A stretch of 64,000 bases of DNA from an uncultured Actinomycetes bacterium (GCA_963755025.1 CAVWIH010000028.1:91944-155943); one strand, 5' to 3'; shown: positions 41,477 to 52,259, numbered from the stretch's first letter. Notes: generated by a model from the letters alone, not told the origin. Translations and numbers: made by a program.

Positions 41477-42027
41477 GACGCCGCCGCATCGTCGCCCGCC
41501 TCGAGCTCGAGACTCCTCAGCCGAGGCAGCACCGGCGCCGTTCGTCCGCCGATCGCCGTGCGAACATGCTCTCTGATCTCACGCTCACTGAACTGCCCGT
41601 ATGCGTCGCAGAAGCGCCGTTGCGTGAAGGAGTCGTCGAGCGAGCCCGGCACGTTGAAGCAGATGGCACGCCAGCCCGCGGCCTCGGCCGCGCGCCGCAC
41701 CGCCGGTGAGCTCATAGCCGGCGCATGACCATCGCCGAAGCCGCGGCGGGCCGCGACCGCGCACGCCTCCTCCCACGCTTCTGCTGCCGTCAGCACGTCG
41801 GCCGTGGTGGTGAGGCGCACGATGTCGGCCGGCGCCGGCGGGCAAGTGCTGCGGGCGATGTGCTCGCGAAAGGCAGCGATCCCTTCCTCGTCTGCGACGC
41901 TCACAAGCAGGTCCTGCCAGACGCCGGCAAAGCCGCGCAGCTCCACCTCGCTGCTCGGCACCTGAAAGCGCGCCCCGTAGGCCGAGGCACACATGGCGAA
42001 GGCACGCAGCAGCCCCTGGATGGTCAT
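41473..42027 (-). CDS. Replicative helicase loader/inhibitor (G39P-like)
   Basis: WQDLL...PPAPADI...AAEAWEEA...GWRAIC...RFCDAY; follows the replication initiator. Confidence 0.75.
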   Translation of the reverse strand: MTIQGLLRAFAMCASAYGARFQVPSSEVELRGFAGVWQDLLVSVADEEGIAAFREHIARSTCPPAPADIVRLTTTADVLTAAEAWEEACAVAARRGFGDGHAPAMSSPAVRRAAEAAGWRAICFNVPGSLDDSFTQRRFCDAYGQFSEREIREHVRTAIGGRTAPVLPRLRSLELEAGDDAAAS

Positions 42028-42858
42028 GGTCCCTCCTTCTCGAGTGAGGCGTAGAGGCCGCCGATCGCCCCGAAGGCGCTGTCGACAGCGCGCGTCGAGC
42101 GCACCTGGCGCCGTCCGTAGCGGGCCGGGATGCCGTCGAGCCACTCCGGCCAACGTTCGTTCAAAAAGACCGCGCCGCCCGGCACGAACTGGATCTCGAC
42201 CTCGCCGACGGAGACGGCCCGGGCTACCACCTCGCCAGCGGCGATCGCCTTGCAGCGGTCAAGCGGGGAGAGGTGTTTCCAGCGGGTGCGGGCCAGCTTG
42301 ACGTCTGCTGCGGTCGGGATAGACCGACCAGTAGTCCTCAAAAGGGATCTCTGCCGCCGGCAGCGCCGGCGAAAGGTTCTTTTTAGGAGCTGGAGGTGGA
42401 GGAGGAGCTGGAGGAGGAGATTCGCCACACCGTTCGCCCAACCGTTCGGCGAACCGTTTGCGCAACCGTTCGGCCAACGGTGCACAGAACAGGTCCGCCG
42501 AGGCTAGCAAGTCGCCCAGCAGCGGCGTCTCGGGCACCTCGGCGAGCTTGCGCACGGCCGCCGTGACGCAGTGCGGGTTGGGCGGCGACTGGTACTGCAG
42601 GGCACCGGCGATCAACACCACCGAGACCTGCTCGTCGTATTTGACGCAACCGTCGGCCAACAGTTCGGCGAACGGTTCGGCCAACCGTTTGGCAGACCAT
42701 CCCAGGTCGGCCTCGATGTAGCCGCGCGGCAGGCGGTAGAGCCCCTCGGCCAGGCGATGACGGTTGGTCAGCAGGTAGAGCCACAGCAGCCTGGCGTCGT
42801 CGCTCCACTGCTCGTCCCAGACCTTGGGTGAGACCCGCCAGTAGAGGTGCTCGCTCAC
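42024..42858 (-). CDS. Phage replication initiator protein (indel near 42330)
   Basis: VWDEQWSDDARLLWLYLLTN..GLY.LP..I..DLGW; C-terminal FEDYWSVYP...FLNERW. Confidence 0.75.
42421..42697. repeat. Two clusters of ~12-bp direct repeats (AACCGTTCGGCS-like) in the rep gene; iteron candidates
   Basis: About 5 copies at 42421-42481 and about 4 copies at 42648-42697. Confidence 0.65.
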
Positions 42859-43212
42859 GGCTCACCGGCCCGACTTGCGCGCGTGGTGAAGGCGCCGCGA
42901 AGGCGCGGGTTCGCCTTGACCAGGAGCCTCACCAGTCCGGCCCGCGCCGTGTTGTCGACCACGTAGGGACAGCCCCCGACCTGGTTAAGGCGGTAGGCGG
43001 GGTGGCGCAGGCGCTCGACATACAGGGCGATCGAACAGTGCCCGTCGCTCGCCGCGTCTGCCAAGGCCCACGAGACAAGCAGCTCCCAGCCGGCGGGGTT
43101 GGCCTTGCGCCACCTGAGTGCCTCGTCGAGGCGTTCGCGGTCGCGTGAGTCGCCGTCATGCTCGCAGGCGGGCTGCTCGAGCAGGGCGAGCTGTCTCTCG
43201 GGGGCGCTGATG
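42855..43212 (-). CDS. Phage hypothetical protein (start approximate)
   Basis: C-terminal part of ORF 42855..44009 is protein-like (WRKANPAGWELL...ARAGLVRLLVKANPRL). Confidence 0.55.
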
Positions 43213-43435
43213 AGGCCCCCTCCACGTAGACGGCGTGCTCGGGTGCGACCACGTAGTAGAGACCGTCGCTGAGGTGGACGCGACGGCGGTAGCGGCCGGC
43301 GCGCTCGACGCGCTCGATCGCCACGTAGCTCATGTGGCGGCCACGAGGCCGCACGCAGAACCAGCTGCGTCGTCCGCGCCAGTGCTTGAGGTCCTTCAGG
43401 GCGACCGCCATGACCGATACACCGTCGATCGTCAT
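43208..43435 (-). CDS. Small phage hypothetical protein (end approximate)
   Basis: ATGA-coupled to the ERF gene; MTIDGVSVMAVALKDL... Confidence 0.5.
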
Positions 43436-44142
43436 GGCGCCACCTCGGGGGAGTCGGCTGGCTTGGCGTCGCCCGCAATATCAGGCAGCGCCTCGAGGCG
43501 GTTGGTGATGTACTCAAGCAGCGCCGGCGGCATCTTGGGCAGCGGCTCGCAGAAGCCCTTGGCGATGGCAAGCTCGGCGAGGTCGCCGACGGTACGGCCC
43601 TTGGCCCGGGCACGGCGCATGAGCTCCTCGAACTGCTCGCGGTTGATGGTGGCCGGCTCTGGCGTCGGCGTCGGTCGCGACGAGCGGCGCTGGCGAGCAA
43701 CGCTTTGCGCGCCCGAACCGGCGCTGCCCGGTCCGTCGCTCTCCTCGCGGGCGGCAAGCCCGAGCGACGTGAGGTACGAGTAACGCCGGCTGTAGCTGAT
43801 CGCCTTGCCGATGTCCTGGGCTGTGCCCTCATCGGGTACCGGCACCCAGACCGCAGAGAAGCGCAGCCACTCACCACTGCGATGCCAGACCCAGGTCTCG
43901 GCCCCCACCCAGGCGCGCGCCGCATCCCAGACGACCTCCTGAAAGACAGACAGGCCAGCGTCGGCCAGGGCCGGCCGCACGACGTCGGTGATGCCGCCCA
44001 GGTCGGCATAGGGGTAGGTGTACTCGCTGCCGGTGCGGTTCGACTTCACTCTGGCGAGCTGGTCGGCCACCGGGTTGGCCACGCTTGCGTTGAACTCAGC
44101 AAGCGCCGCGGCGATCTCGGAAACCGACTCAGAGGTCTGCAT
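43432..44142 (-). CDS. ERF-family single-strand annealing protein
   Basis: MQTSESVSEIAAAL...YPYADL...AQDIGKAISYSRRY...GL...D.G; RBS GGGAGG. Confidence 0.9.
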   Translation of the reverse strand: MQTSESVSEIAAALAEFNASVANPVADQLARVKSNRTGSEYTYPYADLGGITDVVRPALADAGLSVFQEVVWDAARAWVGAETWVWHRSGEWLRFSAVWVPVPDEGTAQDIGKAISYSRRYSYLTSLGLAAREESDGPGSAGSGAQSVARQRRSSRPTPTPEPATINREQFEELMRRARAKGRTVGDLAELAIAKGFCEPLPKMPPALLEYITNRLEALPDIAGDAKPADSPEVAP

Positions 44143-44557
44143 GGCGCCTCCCTTGGGTACGCGCCTCGCGTGCGGCCACCCAACGCTCGAGTGAGTCGAG
44201 CTGGGAGTCGGAGAGGTGGCGGATGAGCACTCTGCCCTCGATCTCGCCTCTGAAGTGCTCCTCGAGGTAGTCGACCAGGCGCAACTCGGCGTCCAGGGCA
44301 TCGGGGCCGAGCGCGGCCAGGGCGCGGCGCATGATCTCGTTCTCGCGGTCGATGCGCTCGTCGAGGGCGCGTTCCTCGGCCGTCACCGGACCGAGCTGGC
44401 GCAGGACCTCCTCCTCGAGCGCGTGGCCGTCCCAGCCCCAGTCGCGCAGGCGGTAGCGCAGGGCAAGACGGCGGGGCTGGCGCGGGGCAAGCAGGTTGCG
44501 CTGGCGTCGCGCCGCCAGCGAGCGGCGATGTGCGGCCTGGCGGGCAAAGGCGTCCAT
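44129..44557 (-). CDS. Phage hypothetical protein
   Basis: Translationally coupled ORF. Confidence 0.65.
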   Translation of the reverse strand: MDAFARQAAHRRSLAARRQRNLLAPRQPRRLALRYRLRDWGWDGHALEEEVLRQLGPVTAEERALDERIDRENEIMRRALAALGPDALDAELRLVDYLEEHFRGEIEGRVLIRHLSDSQLDSLERWVAAREARTQGRRHADL

Positions 44558-44829
44558 CAGAGCACCTCGTCGTCGGTCTGCTCGCGCAGGAAGCGCAGCA
44601 CCTCGCCGCGGTAGACCTTGATCTCGCGGGAGTAGCGCAGGCGGCGCAGCGCACCGCAGCCCACCAGGTGGCGCACCCGGTTCTCACCGACGCGCAACAC
44701 GTTCATGAGATCGCCGGTGTCCAAGACGGTGGGCAGGTGCAGCAGGTCGACCGGCTCGATGCGAGCCTCGCGCGTCCTGTGATCGTCCGTCGGGTGAAGG
44801 CCGGGCTCGCCACCGCGGGCGCGGCTCAT
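44557..44829 (-). CDS. Excisionase-like helix-turn-helix protein
   Basis: LPTVLDTGDLMNVLRVGENRVRHLV..G.L...IKVYRGEVLRFL. Confidence 0.8.
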   Translation of the reverse strand: MSRARGGEPGLHPTDDHRTREARIEPVDLLHLPTVLDTGDLMNVLRVGENRVRHLVGCGALRRLRYSREIKVYRGEVLRFLREQTDDEVL

Positions 44830-45086
44830 CGCCGGCTCCGATCAGCTCGGGCAGGCGCGCCGCGGCGGGCAGTGGCCGTCAGTGGCCCGGCGGCGTTGAC
44901 GAGTGGCCCAAACAGGCCCATGATGTGCGACGTCCATGCAAGTGGATGGATGGCGGGCGTCTCTTCCAGGGGAGCCCGCCGTTCTTTTGGGCAGTGCAAG
45001 GGATCCTCCTTGCTTGTCGGTGTTGCCGGTCAACGTTCAGACAGCGGCATCACCTCCTGGAAAGCAGGGAGGATAGGCGGGCAACA

Positions 45087-45348
45087 TCACGGCTCGCCGG
45101 CGTCACGCCCCTCTGTGCGGCGCAGCTCCTGGATGCGCCGCCAGCACCGCTCGATGCGGTTCTCCCAGAACTCGTCCAGCGCCCTGGCGCCGATCACGTA
45201 GCGTCCGCCCACGACGGCGTAGTCGAGCTCGTCTGAGTCACACCAGAAACGAACCGAGGCGGGCACCGTCATGGCCCCGTAGCGGGCTGCCAGGTGGGCC
45301 GCCGCCTCGCCGGTCGTCATAAGTACCGCAGGACCACCCTCTTTCATG
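45087..45348 (-). CDS. Excisionase/MerR-like HTH protein (start uncertain)
   Basis: MTTGEAAAHL...ASVRFWCDSDEL...VGGRYVI...LDEF. Confidence 0.7.
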
Positions 45349-45423
45349 GTCATCAGTCCTCTCACTAGGTCGATGAATTCCTCGGCTCCGACCACTTTGA
45401 CCCCCACCTCGGACTTGCGTGAT

Positions 45424-45461
45424 GCACGTTACGTACGTTCTCCAGAACGTACGCAACGTGC
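45424..45461. promoter_or_regulatory. 38-bp near-perfect palindrome upstream of the phage early genes
   Basis: GCACGTTACGTACGTTCT-CC-AGAACGTACGCAACGTGC, one mismatch. Confidence 0.6.
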
Positions 45462-45530
45462 GAAATGCTATGCCACGACCCGGCGGCCGCGCAAGCCGGA
45501 CCTTGCGGTCATGGTCGACGGCGTCGCCCC

Positions 45531-45758
45531 TCAGAGCTTGCGGTGCCTCCAGCGCAGGCCGTAGGCGCCGTAGCTGGGGTTGAGGGCGTTGCCCGCCCAG
45601 GTGAGCACTGCCGCCAGGCCGGCGATGACTACGGCCTCGAGCCTCGAGAGGTCGAGCGGCAGGACGAGGTTGACCGCCGCAGAGGCCAGACAGCCAGCCA
45701 CAAAGACGGTCGCCATGGTGCGCACCATCGGCTTCCATTTCGCCAGGAACCTCTTCAC
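45531..45758 (-). CDS. Putative holin (2 TM)
   Basis: 75 aa, two hydrophobic helices, basic C-terminus, in the lysis cassette. Confidence 0.6.
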   Translation of the reverse strand: MKRFLAKWKPMVRTMATVFVAGCLASAAVNLVLPLDLSRLEAVVIAGLAAVLTWAGNALNPSYGAYGLRWRHRKL

Positions 45759-45771
45759 GTCGGGACCTCCT

Positions 45772-46545
45772 CTAGGCAGCGAGCGCGCGCAGGTCGGCGG
45801 CCAGCGCCGCTGCGTCGAACAGCGGGTTGATCTGGGCTAGCCAGCCGGCTTGCAGCCAGGACGGCGCGAGCAGGGCATAGAGCTCGTCGCAGTAGGCGGC
45901 GTGGAAGGCCCAGGAGACCTGCACCGTAGTGCCCCAGGTGACGGCCACCGGCCCGACGGCGTTATAGGCGCAGTAGATGACGCAGTGGCCGTTTTGGGGG
46001 TTGGGCCGCTTCGCCTGTGAGCCGTCCGGGGAGCAGGTCCACGCCGGCAGCAAGCTCGGCGAGGTAGGCAGCACGGCGTCGGGGAGCTCGACGCCCAGGT
46101 AGGCACAGCCGAACCAGTCGATGGTGCGCTTCACGTTCTCGGTGTCGCGCGAGTCGACCTCGACGAAGGCGCGCACGGTCTGGCGGTCGATGCCCTGCTT
46201 ACCCCAGAAGCGCAGCGCGTCAAGCAGCGCGGTGCCGCGGTCGGTGCTCGGGTCGCCCGGCACGTAGCCCGTCACTTTCGAGTAGGCGGCGATGACCATG
46301 GCCGTGGTGATGCGCAGCCGGCGGCGCTCGGCGTTGGCGGCCCAGAGCAGGTCGGCGTGGCCCATGCCCGCCAGCGCGCAGTCGCCGACGCGATCGTTGC
46401 CCATCATGCCCCAGGCCGTGACCGCCGCAGCGTAGTCGACGCTCGGTGGTGGCGCCGGCAGTGCCTGAGCGGCGGGCAGGTAGCGCGCGAGCTGCAGCGT
46501 GCGCTCGTCGGTGACTTTCGGCAGCTTGCCGGTCTTGAAGATCAA
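45772..46545 (-). CDS. Putative papain-like cysteine hydrolase
   Basis: AAGGAGG RBS plus TTG; GNDRVGDCALA (Cys), NGHCVIYCAY (His), VTWG. Confidence 0.6.
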   Translation of the reverse strand: MIFKTGKLPKVTDERTLQLARYLPAAQALPAPPPSVDYAAAVTAWGMMGNDRVGDCALAGMGHADLLWAANAERRRLRITTAMVIAAYSKVTGYVPGDPSTDRGTALLDALRFWGKQGIDRQTVRAFVEVDSRDTENVKRTIDWFGCAYLGVELPDAVLPTSPSLLPAWTCSPDGSQAKRPNPQNGHCVIYCAYNAVGPVAVTWGTTVQVSWAFHAAYCDELYALLAPSWLQAGWLAQINPLFDAAALAADLRALAA

Positions 46546-46558
46546 CGTGCCCTCCTTG

Positions 46559-47316
46559 CTAGATGCCGGCGAAGGCGTGCGCCCGGCGGATGACGTAGCC
46601 GAGCGGATAGCCCGGACCGGGGTCGGTGTGCGTGCCACCGCCGAGCACGCGGGTGATCTGGCGGTGCGTGGTGACGCCGCGCTCTCCGGCGCGCAGCTCG
46701 GCGTCTGAGAGTAGGCGCAGCGGCACCGCGCCGGCGTGGTGGCGGTGAAGCCAGGCGAGCGCCCAGGCGGTGTTCATGAGCGTGCCGGCGGCCTTGCAGA
46801 ACCACTGCTGCGTCGACCAGGCCGCCAGGCCCATCTGCTCGATGTGGATGCCGTCGGTGTTCGCCTTGGGAGCTCCCCAGGGGATGACGTCGAGCGCCAG
46901 GTACTGCTCGATCGAGTCGTCGTCGCAGCCGAAGTGCGCAGATCCGGTCGCTGCGCGAGACTCGAAGAAGGAGCCGGTCTCCTCGGCTGCCCGCAGCTCG
47001 TCTGCGTTCTCCATGTCGTGCAGCACGTAGAGCTTGACCTCCGCCAGCGATCGCGTGCCCGACTTGCGCACGGCGTGTTCGTAGCGCGTGCCTATCGCCC
47101 CCGAGGCCTTGGCGAACAGCACCGTCTGCACGACCGGTCCCCAGGCGCCGGTAGCCGGTACGCCGAGTCGCGCTGGATCTCGGCCAGGAACCGCTGCGCG
47201 GGACCGCCGAAGGTCCCCAGGCTTGCGTTGAAACCGGCCGGTACGGGGAGCGCGCAAGCCGCCCCGAACCCAGCCATGGCCCGCTTGCGCTCAATGAGCA
47301 CTGCTGGTGTCGCCAC
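46559..47316 (-). CDS. Endolysin, N-acetylmuramoyl-L-alanine amidase (indel near 47150)
   Basis: VLHDME, SAHF, IHIEQ, TTHRQI, HTDPG; N-terminal peptidoglycan-binding-like segment. Confidence 0.88.
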
Positions 47317-47755
47317 GTTGACTCCTCCTTGCCGATCGCAGACGGCGCTGCGCCGCCGTGAGTGCCTGGTGACATGGTCGTCCGTGCGTCACGCGCAGGT
47401 TGGCAAGGCAGGAGTCGCCGCCGTCGGCCAGAGCCGTCTTGTGGTGGCATTCGAAGTGCTTGGGGTCGAGTGGCTCGCCGCAGACCTCACAGCGCCCGTC
47501 GGCAAGCTCGAAGCGCCGGCGGCGGTTGCGCAGGTACTCAGCCGACGAGTAGTCCTCGCGGTAGGGCTGCGCCGCCAGGCGCTCGGCCTCGACGATTGCC
47601 GCGCAGGGTTGGCAGTGGCCGGCGCCCGAGGTGCGCGCGCCACATCTACGGCAGCTCGAGGGGCGGCCGGACCCGCCGGCGTGGCGCTCACAGCGGTCCT
47701 TGCCCGGCGCCGAGCGCGCGCCGCAGATGCGGCAGGGCCGCGCGAAGCCGCTCAA
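47291..47755 (-). CDS. Phage HNH endonuclease
   Basis: CEVCG...ECHHKTALADGG...ANL...CHQALT; N-terminal Zn ribbons. Confidence 0.88.
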   Translation of the reverse strand: MSGFARPCRICGARSAPGKDRCERHAGGSGRPSSCRRCGARTSGAGHCQPCAAIVEAERLAAQPYREDYSSAEYLRNRRRRFELADGRCEVCGEPLDPKHFECHHKTALADGGDSCLANLRVTHGRPCHQALTAAQRRLRSARRSQRGDTSSAH

Positions 47756-48261
47756 GTGCCCTCCCGCAGGCGAGCCCGGCTGCGCCGGCTGCGCATCTGC
47801 GCGGCGATACGCGGCAGCTCGAGTGCCGTGCCGTACTCCTCGACCAACTCGCTCAGCAGGCGGCGCGCCTGCTCGAGCTCGTCGCGCGCGTCCCGGGCAC
47901 GGCAGGCCAGTGTGCGGACGTAGCAGGGACCGCAGAGTCCGGCGCGCTCCACCTGGACAGGCCGGTGCCCGCAGTCGGGGCAGAGCTCGTCTTCACGATC
48001 TGCGGCCATGCGCGCGGAGAAGTGAGCCGGGGCGTCGCCGGCGATCGCCGGGCGCAGCTCCTCGAGCCTGAAGCCGGCGCAGGCGCCGAAGAGGCGCCCA
48101 CGCGCATCGCGCGGCCGGCGCAGCGAGATGCGGGCGCGGAAGGCCGCGCTTTGCACGGAGCGCGGCGAGCGGTCCAGAAGCTCGGCAAGCGCGCCAGCGC
48201 CAAGCTCGCGGTTGGCCCGCAGAAAGGCGATCTCAGAGGTGTTCCATGGCCCGGTCTTCAT
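47752..48261 (-). CDS. Phage hypothetical protein (HTH-like N-terminus, Cys cluster)
   Basis: WNTSEIAFLR...LAELLDRSPRSV; CPDCG...CGPC. Confidence 0.65.
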   Translation of the reverse strand: MKTGPWNTSEIAFLRANRELGAGALAELLDRSPRSVQSAAFRARISLRRPRDARGRLFGACAGFRLEELRPAIAGDAPAHFSARMAADREDELCPDCGHRPVQVERAGLCGPCYVRTLACRARDARDELEQARRLLSELVEEYGTALELPRIAAQMRSRRSRARLREGT

Positions 48262-48308
48262 ACGCGGGTCTCATACTCACCGACTTGCACCCGAAGGCCT
48301 GAACGGCC

Positions 48309-48686
48309 TTAGAAGCCGAGCCAGTGACGCTCGACCGCGTCCTTGACGATGCTGAACGCCATGAGGCCGGCCCAGCCGGCGAGTGCCAGCCCCACGCCCC
48401 AGATGACGCGCACGCGCCAGTCGGGCGCGGGAGTCTTGGCCTTCTGCAGCGCGGCGATCGCATCCTCATTGGCAGCCGTGCGCTGCACGAGACCGGGGAC
48501 GCCGTTCTCGACTCGGCCGAAGACCGCTCCCGAGATCGCATCCACCTTCGGACAGGGCACCGGACAGCCGTTCGCGAAGAACTTGGCGAGCACACGGTCG
48601 GCGGCGCGCTCGGCCACCACGTCTACGGCCCAGCTCTGCTCGGCGGTGAAGCCGGGGACGGAGCTCTGCTGTGAGTCGTCGGCCAT
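48309..48686 (-). CDS. Phage membrane protein
   Basis: AGGAGG RBS; C-terminal TM helix. Confidence 0.65.
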   Translation of the reverse strand: MADDSQQSSVPGFTAEQSWAVDVVAERAADRVLAKFFANGCPVPCPKVDAISGAVFGRVENGVPGLVQRTAANEDAIAALQKAKTPAPDWRVRVIWGVGLALAGWAGLMAFSIVKDAVERHWLGF

Positions 48687-48694
48687 GGCTCCTC

Positions 48695-49468
48695 CTAGAG
48701 CTTCATGATGAACGCGAGCGCATACCACGGTGGCAGCGTGGTCACGGTGTGGGTGTGCGCGCCTTGCGAATCGGTCGGGCCGCCCGACGGGTGCGCGTGA
48801 GAGCCGCCGCCGCCGGCGAAGTCGACTGCACCAGTGCCGGCGGCGATGTAGCGCCCTGCCGACGTGCCCCAGTGCGTGTTGGTCGAGCCGGCGGCGTCGT
48901 TGCGCATGAGGTCGACAGTCGTGGCGTGGCGGTGTGAGGGTATGTCGGCGAGCTGCAGCGTGTAGGCGCCGCTCGCCGGGTCGGTATGCTGGTGGGCGCC
49001 AGCGGTACTCGTCGTGGCGCTCGCCGCGCCGCCGCTCTGCGCCGCGGCGCCGGCGACCGTCGAGGCGGCCACGCCGCTCACGTCGGCGTCTGCGCCCACC
49101 ACGAACTTGTCGCGCAGGTCAGGCGTGCCGTTTGCGCCGTTGCACAGCGCCCAGCCGGCCGGAATCGAGGCGACCGAGCCCTTCCACATGGCGATGAGCC
49201 CCGAGGGAATGACGCCGGCAGGCGCACCAATCGCTCCTACGCCGAAGACGTCGGCGCCCTGGACCGCGAGCCAGATGCCCTTGCCCACGGTAGGCGAGAC
49301 GCTCGCAAAGGCGCGGATCCCGGAGACGGCGACGCTTGAGCCGGCGATGGTCGCCGAGAACGTGCCGTCGCCGGCGAGGGCCGTGACGGTGCCCAGGCGC
49401 AGACGCAGGTCCGAGCCACCGCCCGCGTCGGCGAGAATCGCGGCGACCTCGTGTAAGTCCATCAGCAC
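48695..49468 (-). CDS. Tail fibre / collar-domain protein
   Basis: IPSGLIAMWKG..IPAGWALCNGANGTPDLRDKFVVGA...LPPWYALAFIMK. Confidence 0.88.
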   Translation of the reverse strand: MLMDLHEVAAILADAGGGSDLRLRLGTVTALAGDGTFSATIAGSSVAVSGIRAFASVSPTVGKGIWLAVQGADVFGVGAIGAPAGVIPSGLIAMWKGSVASIPAGWALCNGANGTPDLRDKFVVGADADVSGVAASTVAGAAAQSGGAASATTSTAGAHQHTDPASGAYTLQLADIPSHRHATTVDLMRNDAAGSTNTHWGTSAGRYIAAGTGAVDFAGGGGSHAHPSGGPTDSQGAHTHTVTTLPPWYALAFIMKL

Positions 49469-50593
49469 GGCCCCAAGGTGGAACGCGCCGTGGCGGTCAT
49501 CACGTCGGTCGCGCTGAGCGGCACGGTGAGCGCGTCCAAAATGAAGGTCTGCGTGGTGCCGTCAGGAAACTCGACCGCCACGACGTCGAGCGGTTCAAGG
49601 CCGGGATGAGTGACCTGCTCCCAGGAGAGCTGTGTCACCTTGCCGAGGCTCTGCGCCAGCATCGAGGCGGCGACCGCCGCGGCCTGGTCGGTCGTGGTGA
49701 TAAGCGGCGAGCTGTAGAAGGTCGGCACGGCGCCGAACGGTCCGTTGGCGTAAGTCGGCGACGCTGGGTTTAGGTCCCACGCCTCGGCCCGCGGCGGCGT
49801 ATCGCCGACGCCGGAGCCCTCGCCGGTGACGATCACCCCGTTGTAGGTCTGGTCGGCGGCGACCACCTTGGACTGGCTGGTCATGATCGCCGCGCTGCCG
49901 CGGGCGAAGGTGAACACCGGCCCCTGGCTGGCAAGCGGCGTGACGACCTGGGCCTGGAGCACGCCGGCGGCGGTGAACGACAGCAGGTAGCCAAACGAGG
50001 TCGCAAGCGAGCAGATGTCCGCCCACGGGTCGGAGTCCCCTCCGGCGTCGAAGACCGCCTGCGCGCCGAGTGTGTTGGGCACGGTCGCCGCCGAGACGAT
50101 CGTTTGCGCCCCTGGCCAGCGGCTGAGCACCGCGGCATTGATCGCATCGGCCAGGGCGGTGCCGGCGGCTATCTGGTAAGGCTGCGTCCAGCGCGCCCTC
50201 GTCACGCGCTGCGAGCGGTCGGTGCACACCGCGGTGAGCTCCCAGCCCGACGCGGCGCCCACGCGCTTGTAGGTGAGCTGGTCGATGACGAAGACGCCGA
50301 GCGGCGCGGCTGACCTGCGTGCCGTCGGCGAGCTGAAAGCCGCGCGCAATGGAGAGCTCGAGTCCAGGTGTCGCCAGCAAGGCGAAGACTGGTCGAAGGT
50401 CTGGCCCGCGCCCGGCACGACGGTAATGGTGGCGTCGCGGGTCGCCGAGCGCCGGCAGTCGGCGGTCACCGACCCGCCGACCACGTGCAAGCTCGCCCAG
50501 GGGTGAGCCGGCAAGCGACGCCTGGCAGGTCACAAGGATGGTCTGCGCGCCCTGCGTGGCGAGCACGCCGAGGTCGGTCACGCCGGCCACCAC
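49462..50593 (-). CDS. Minor tail protein (DUF5047-like; indels)
   Basis: PLGVFVI, YNGVIVTGE, WDLNPASPTYANGPFG.VP.FYSSPLITT. Confidence 0.8.
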
Positions 50594-50594
50594 T

Positions 50595-52259
50595 TCAGCT
50601 CTCCGTCACGAGGTCGCAGTCCACCTGGGCGAAGGTCAGCGTGCCGGCCAGGCGCGGGGAGGGCGAGGTGCCCTGGCGCTTGACCGTCGTGCCGGTCAGC
50701 GAGCAGTAGAAGGCATCGCCAAAGGCGGTCTCGACGAGTACCAGGCCCTCGTAGTCGACAAGGGCGCGCAGCGCGGCCACCGCGGCGGCGCCGCTTGCGA
50801 TGAAGTCATAGGAGCCGGCCCAGCCGCCGGCTGTGCCCTTGACCACGACCGGGCACGGCCGGTCCAGCGGGTAGAAGATCGTCGCCTGGGTCTGGTCGGA
50901 CTCGGCAGGCTCGGTGAGGATCCCCGCCGACAGCCACGACGCGCCCGGCAGGTCGACCGCCTTGAGATTCCAGCCGGTGCCGATGGGGTTCGGCCCGGCA
51001 AGCGACATCTGCGTCCAGGGCGAGCTCGCCAGCGTGCCGTCGGCGGTGAGCACCATGGTGTGGCGCAAGCGATAGGTGTTCGCCACGCCGCGGTCGCACT
51101 CGTAGTCGTAGCCGAGCGTGGTCTCGACGTTGACCGGCACCGCCACGCCGCTCATGCCGCGCACCGCGCGCCAGACGCCGCCCACCAGGCGCTCGACGTA
51201 GGCGACCGAGCTGGTTTGCGTGTATCCCGCCGGACCGCTCGGCGTGATCTTCAGCAGCATGGCCTGCGGCGCGTCGTCGGCGCGCATGCCGCAGCCCGGC
51301 GCATAGGGACCGCCGACCAGCTGCGACCAGGAGAGCTTCTGGATAGGAGCTCCACTGCGAGACGCCGTTGAGCGCATCCGAGCCGCTCGGATGATCGCGC
51401 ACGACTCGCACGTAGACCACGTAGCTGTCGTCGGGAATCGGCGCCGGCGCCTTCACCGAGACGGTCAGCGTCGATGCCGTCACGCCGTCGATGTAGGTGT
51501 TGAGGTCGAACGGCACGACCTGCGACATGACCGGCGTGACGCCGGCCGGCGGCGAGGCGCCGTTGCCGGCGTCGGCCTGGCGATAGACGGAGAACTCCAC
51601 GCGGCCCGTGGTGCAGAACTCGCCGCCGGCGTAGAGCTGCCAGCTCTCGACCAGCGCCGAGACGAGAGCCGAGAAGGTCGGGTACTGCGTGGTGGTGACC
51701 CAGCCGCCGCTGCATTGGACGATCGTCGGCGCGGCGATGGTCGCCGGCTTGAGCGTGTAGATGTAGAGGCCGGCCTCGTAGAAGTAGGCGGCGTTGCTCG
51801 CGGCGCGACGGGTCGCGGAAGGTAAGCGACGCCAGGCGTCCGCCCTGGCCGGGCTGCAGCCACTCAAGCCCCGTCATGGGGTCGAGCATCTGACCGGCCT
51901 GGGCGGCGATCTGGTAGTTGGCGATGAGCGACGAGCCGGCCGGCAGCGAGAGCACGACGCCTTCGGCGATGTTGTAGGTGATGCCGCTCCAGGCGCCAAG
52001 GCTGATCGTGGCGACACCGGCGCCCGGCGACTTCGAGCGCACATAGGGCACGAGCGAGACGGCGCGCTCGCCCGCGGCCCAGACGTTGCCCCCCTTGATG
52101 GCGTAGTCGCCAGGCAGCGTGGCGGAGCTCTTGCGCCCGTAGGTGGCGTCGGAGCCGTCGGTCAGACGGCGATGTCGGTCCGCGGCGCTCGGCGTGAGGC
52201 CGTTGTTGGCGCGGTTGGCGTAGACGGCTCTGGTAGACCTTCTTCGTGTAGGTGGGCAT
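50595..52259 (-). CDS. Minor tail protein (several indels)
   Basis: Starts MPTYTKKVY, coupled to the TMP stop. Protein-like pieces in ORFs 51251, 50806 and 50595. Confidence 0.6.
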
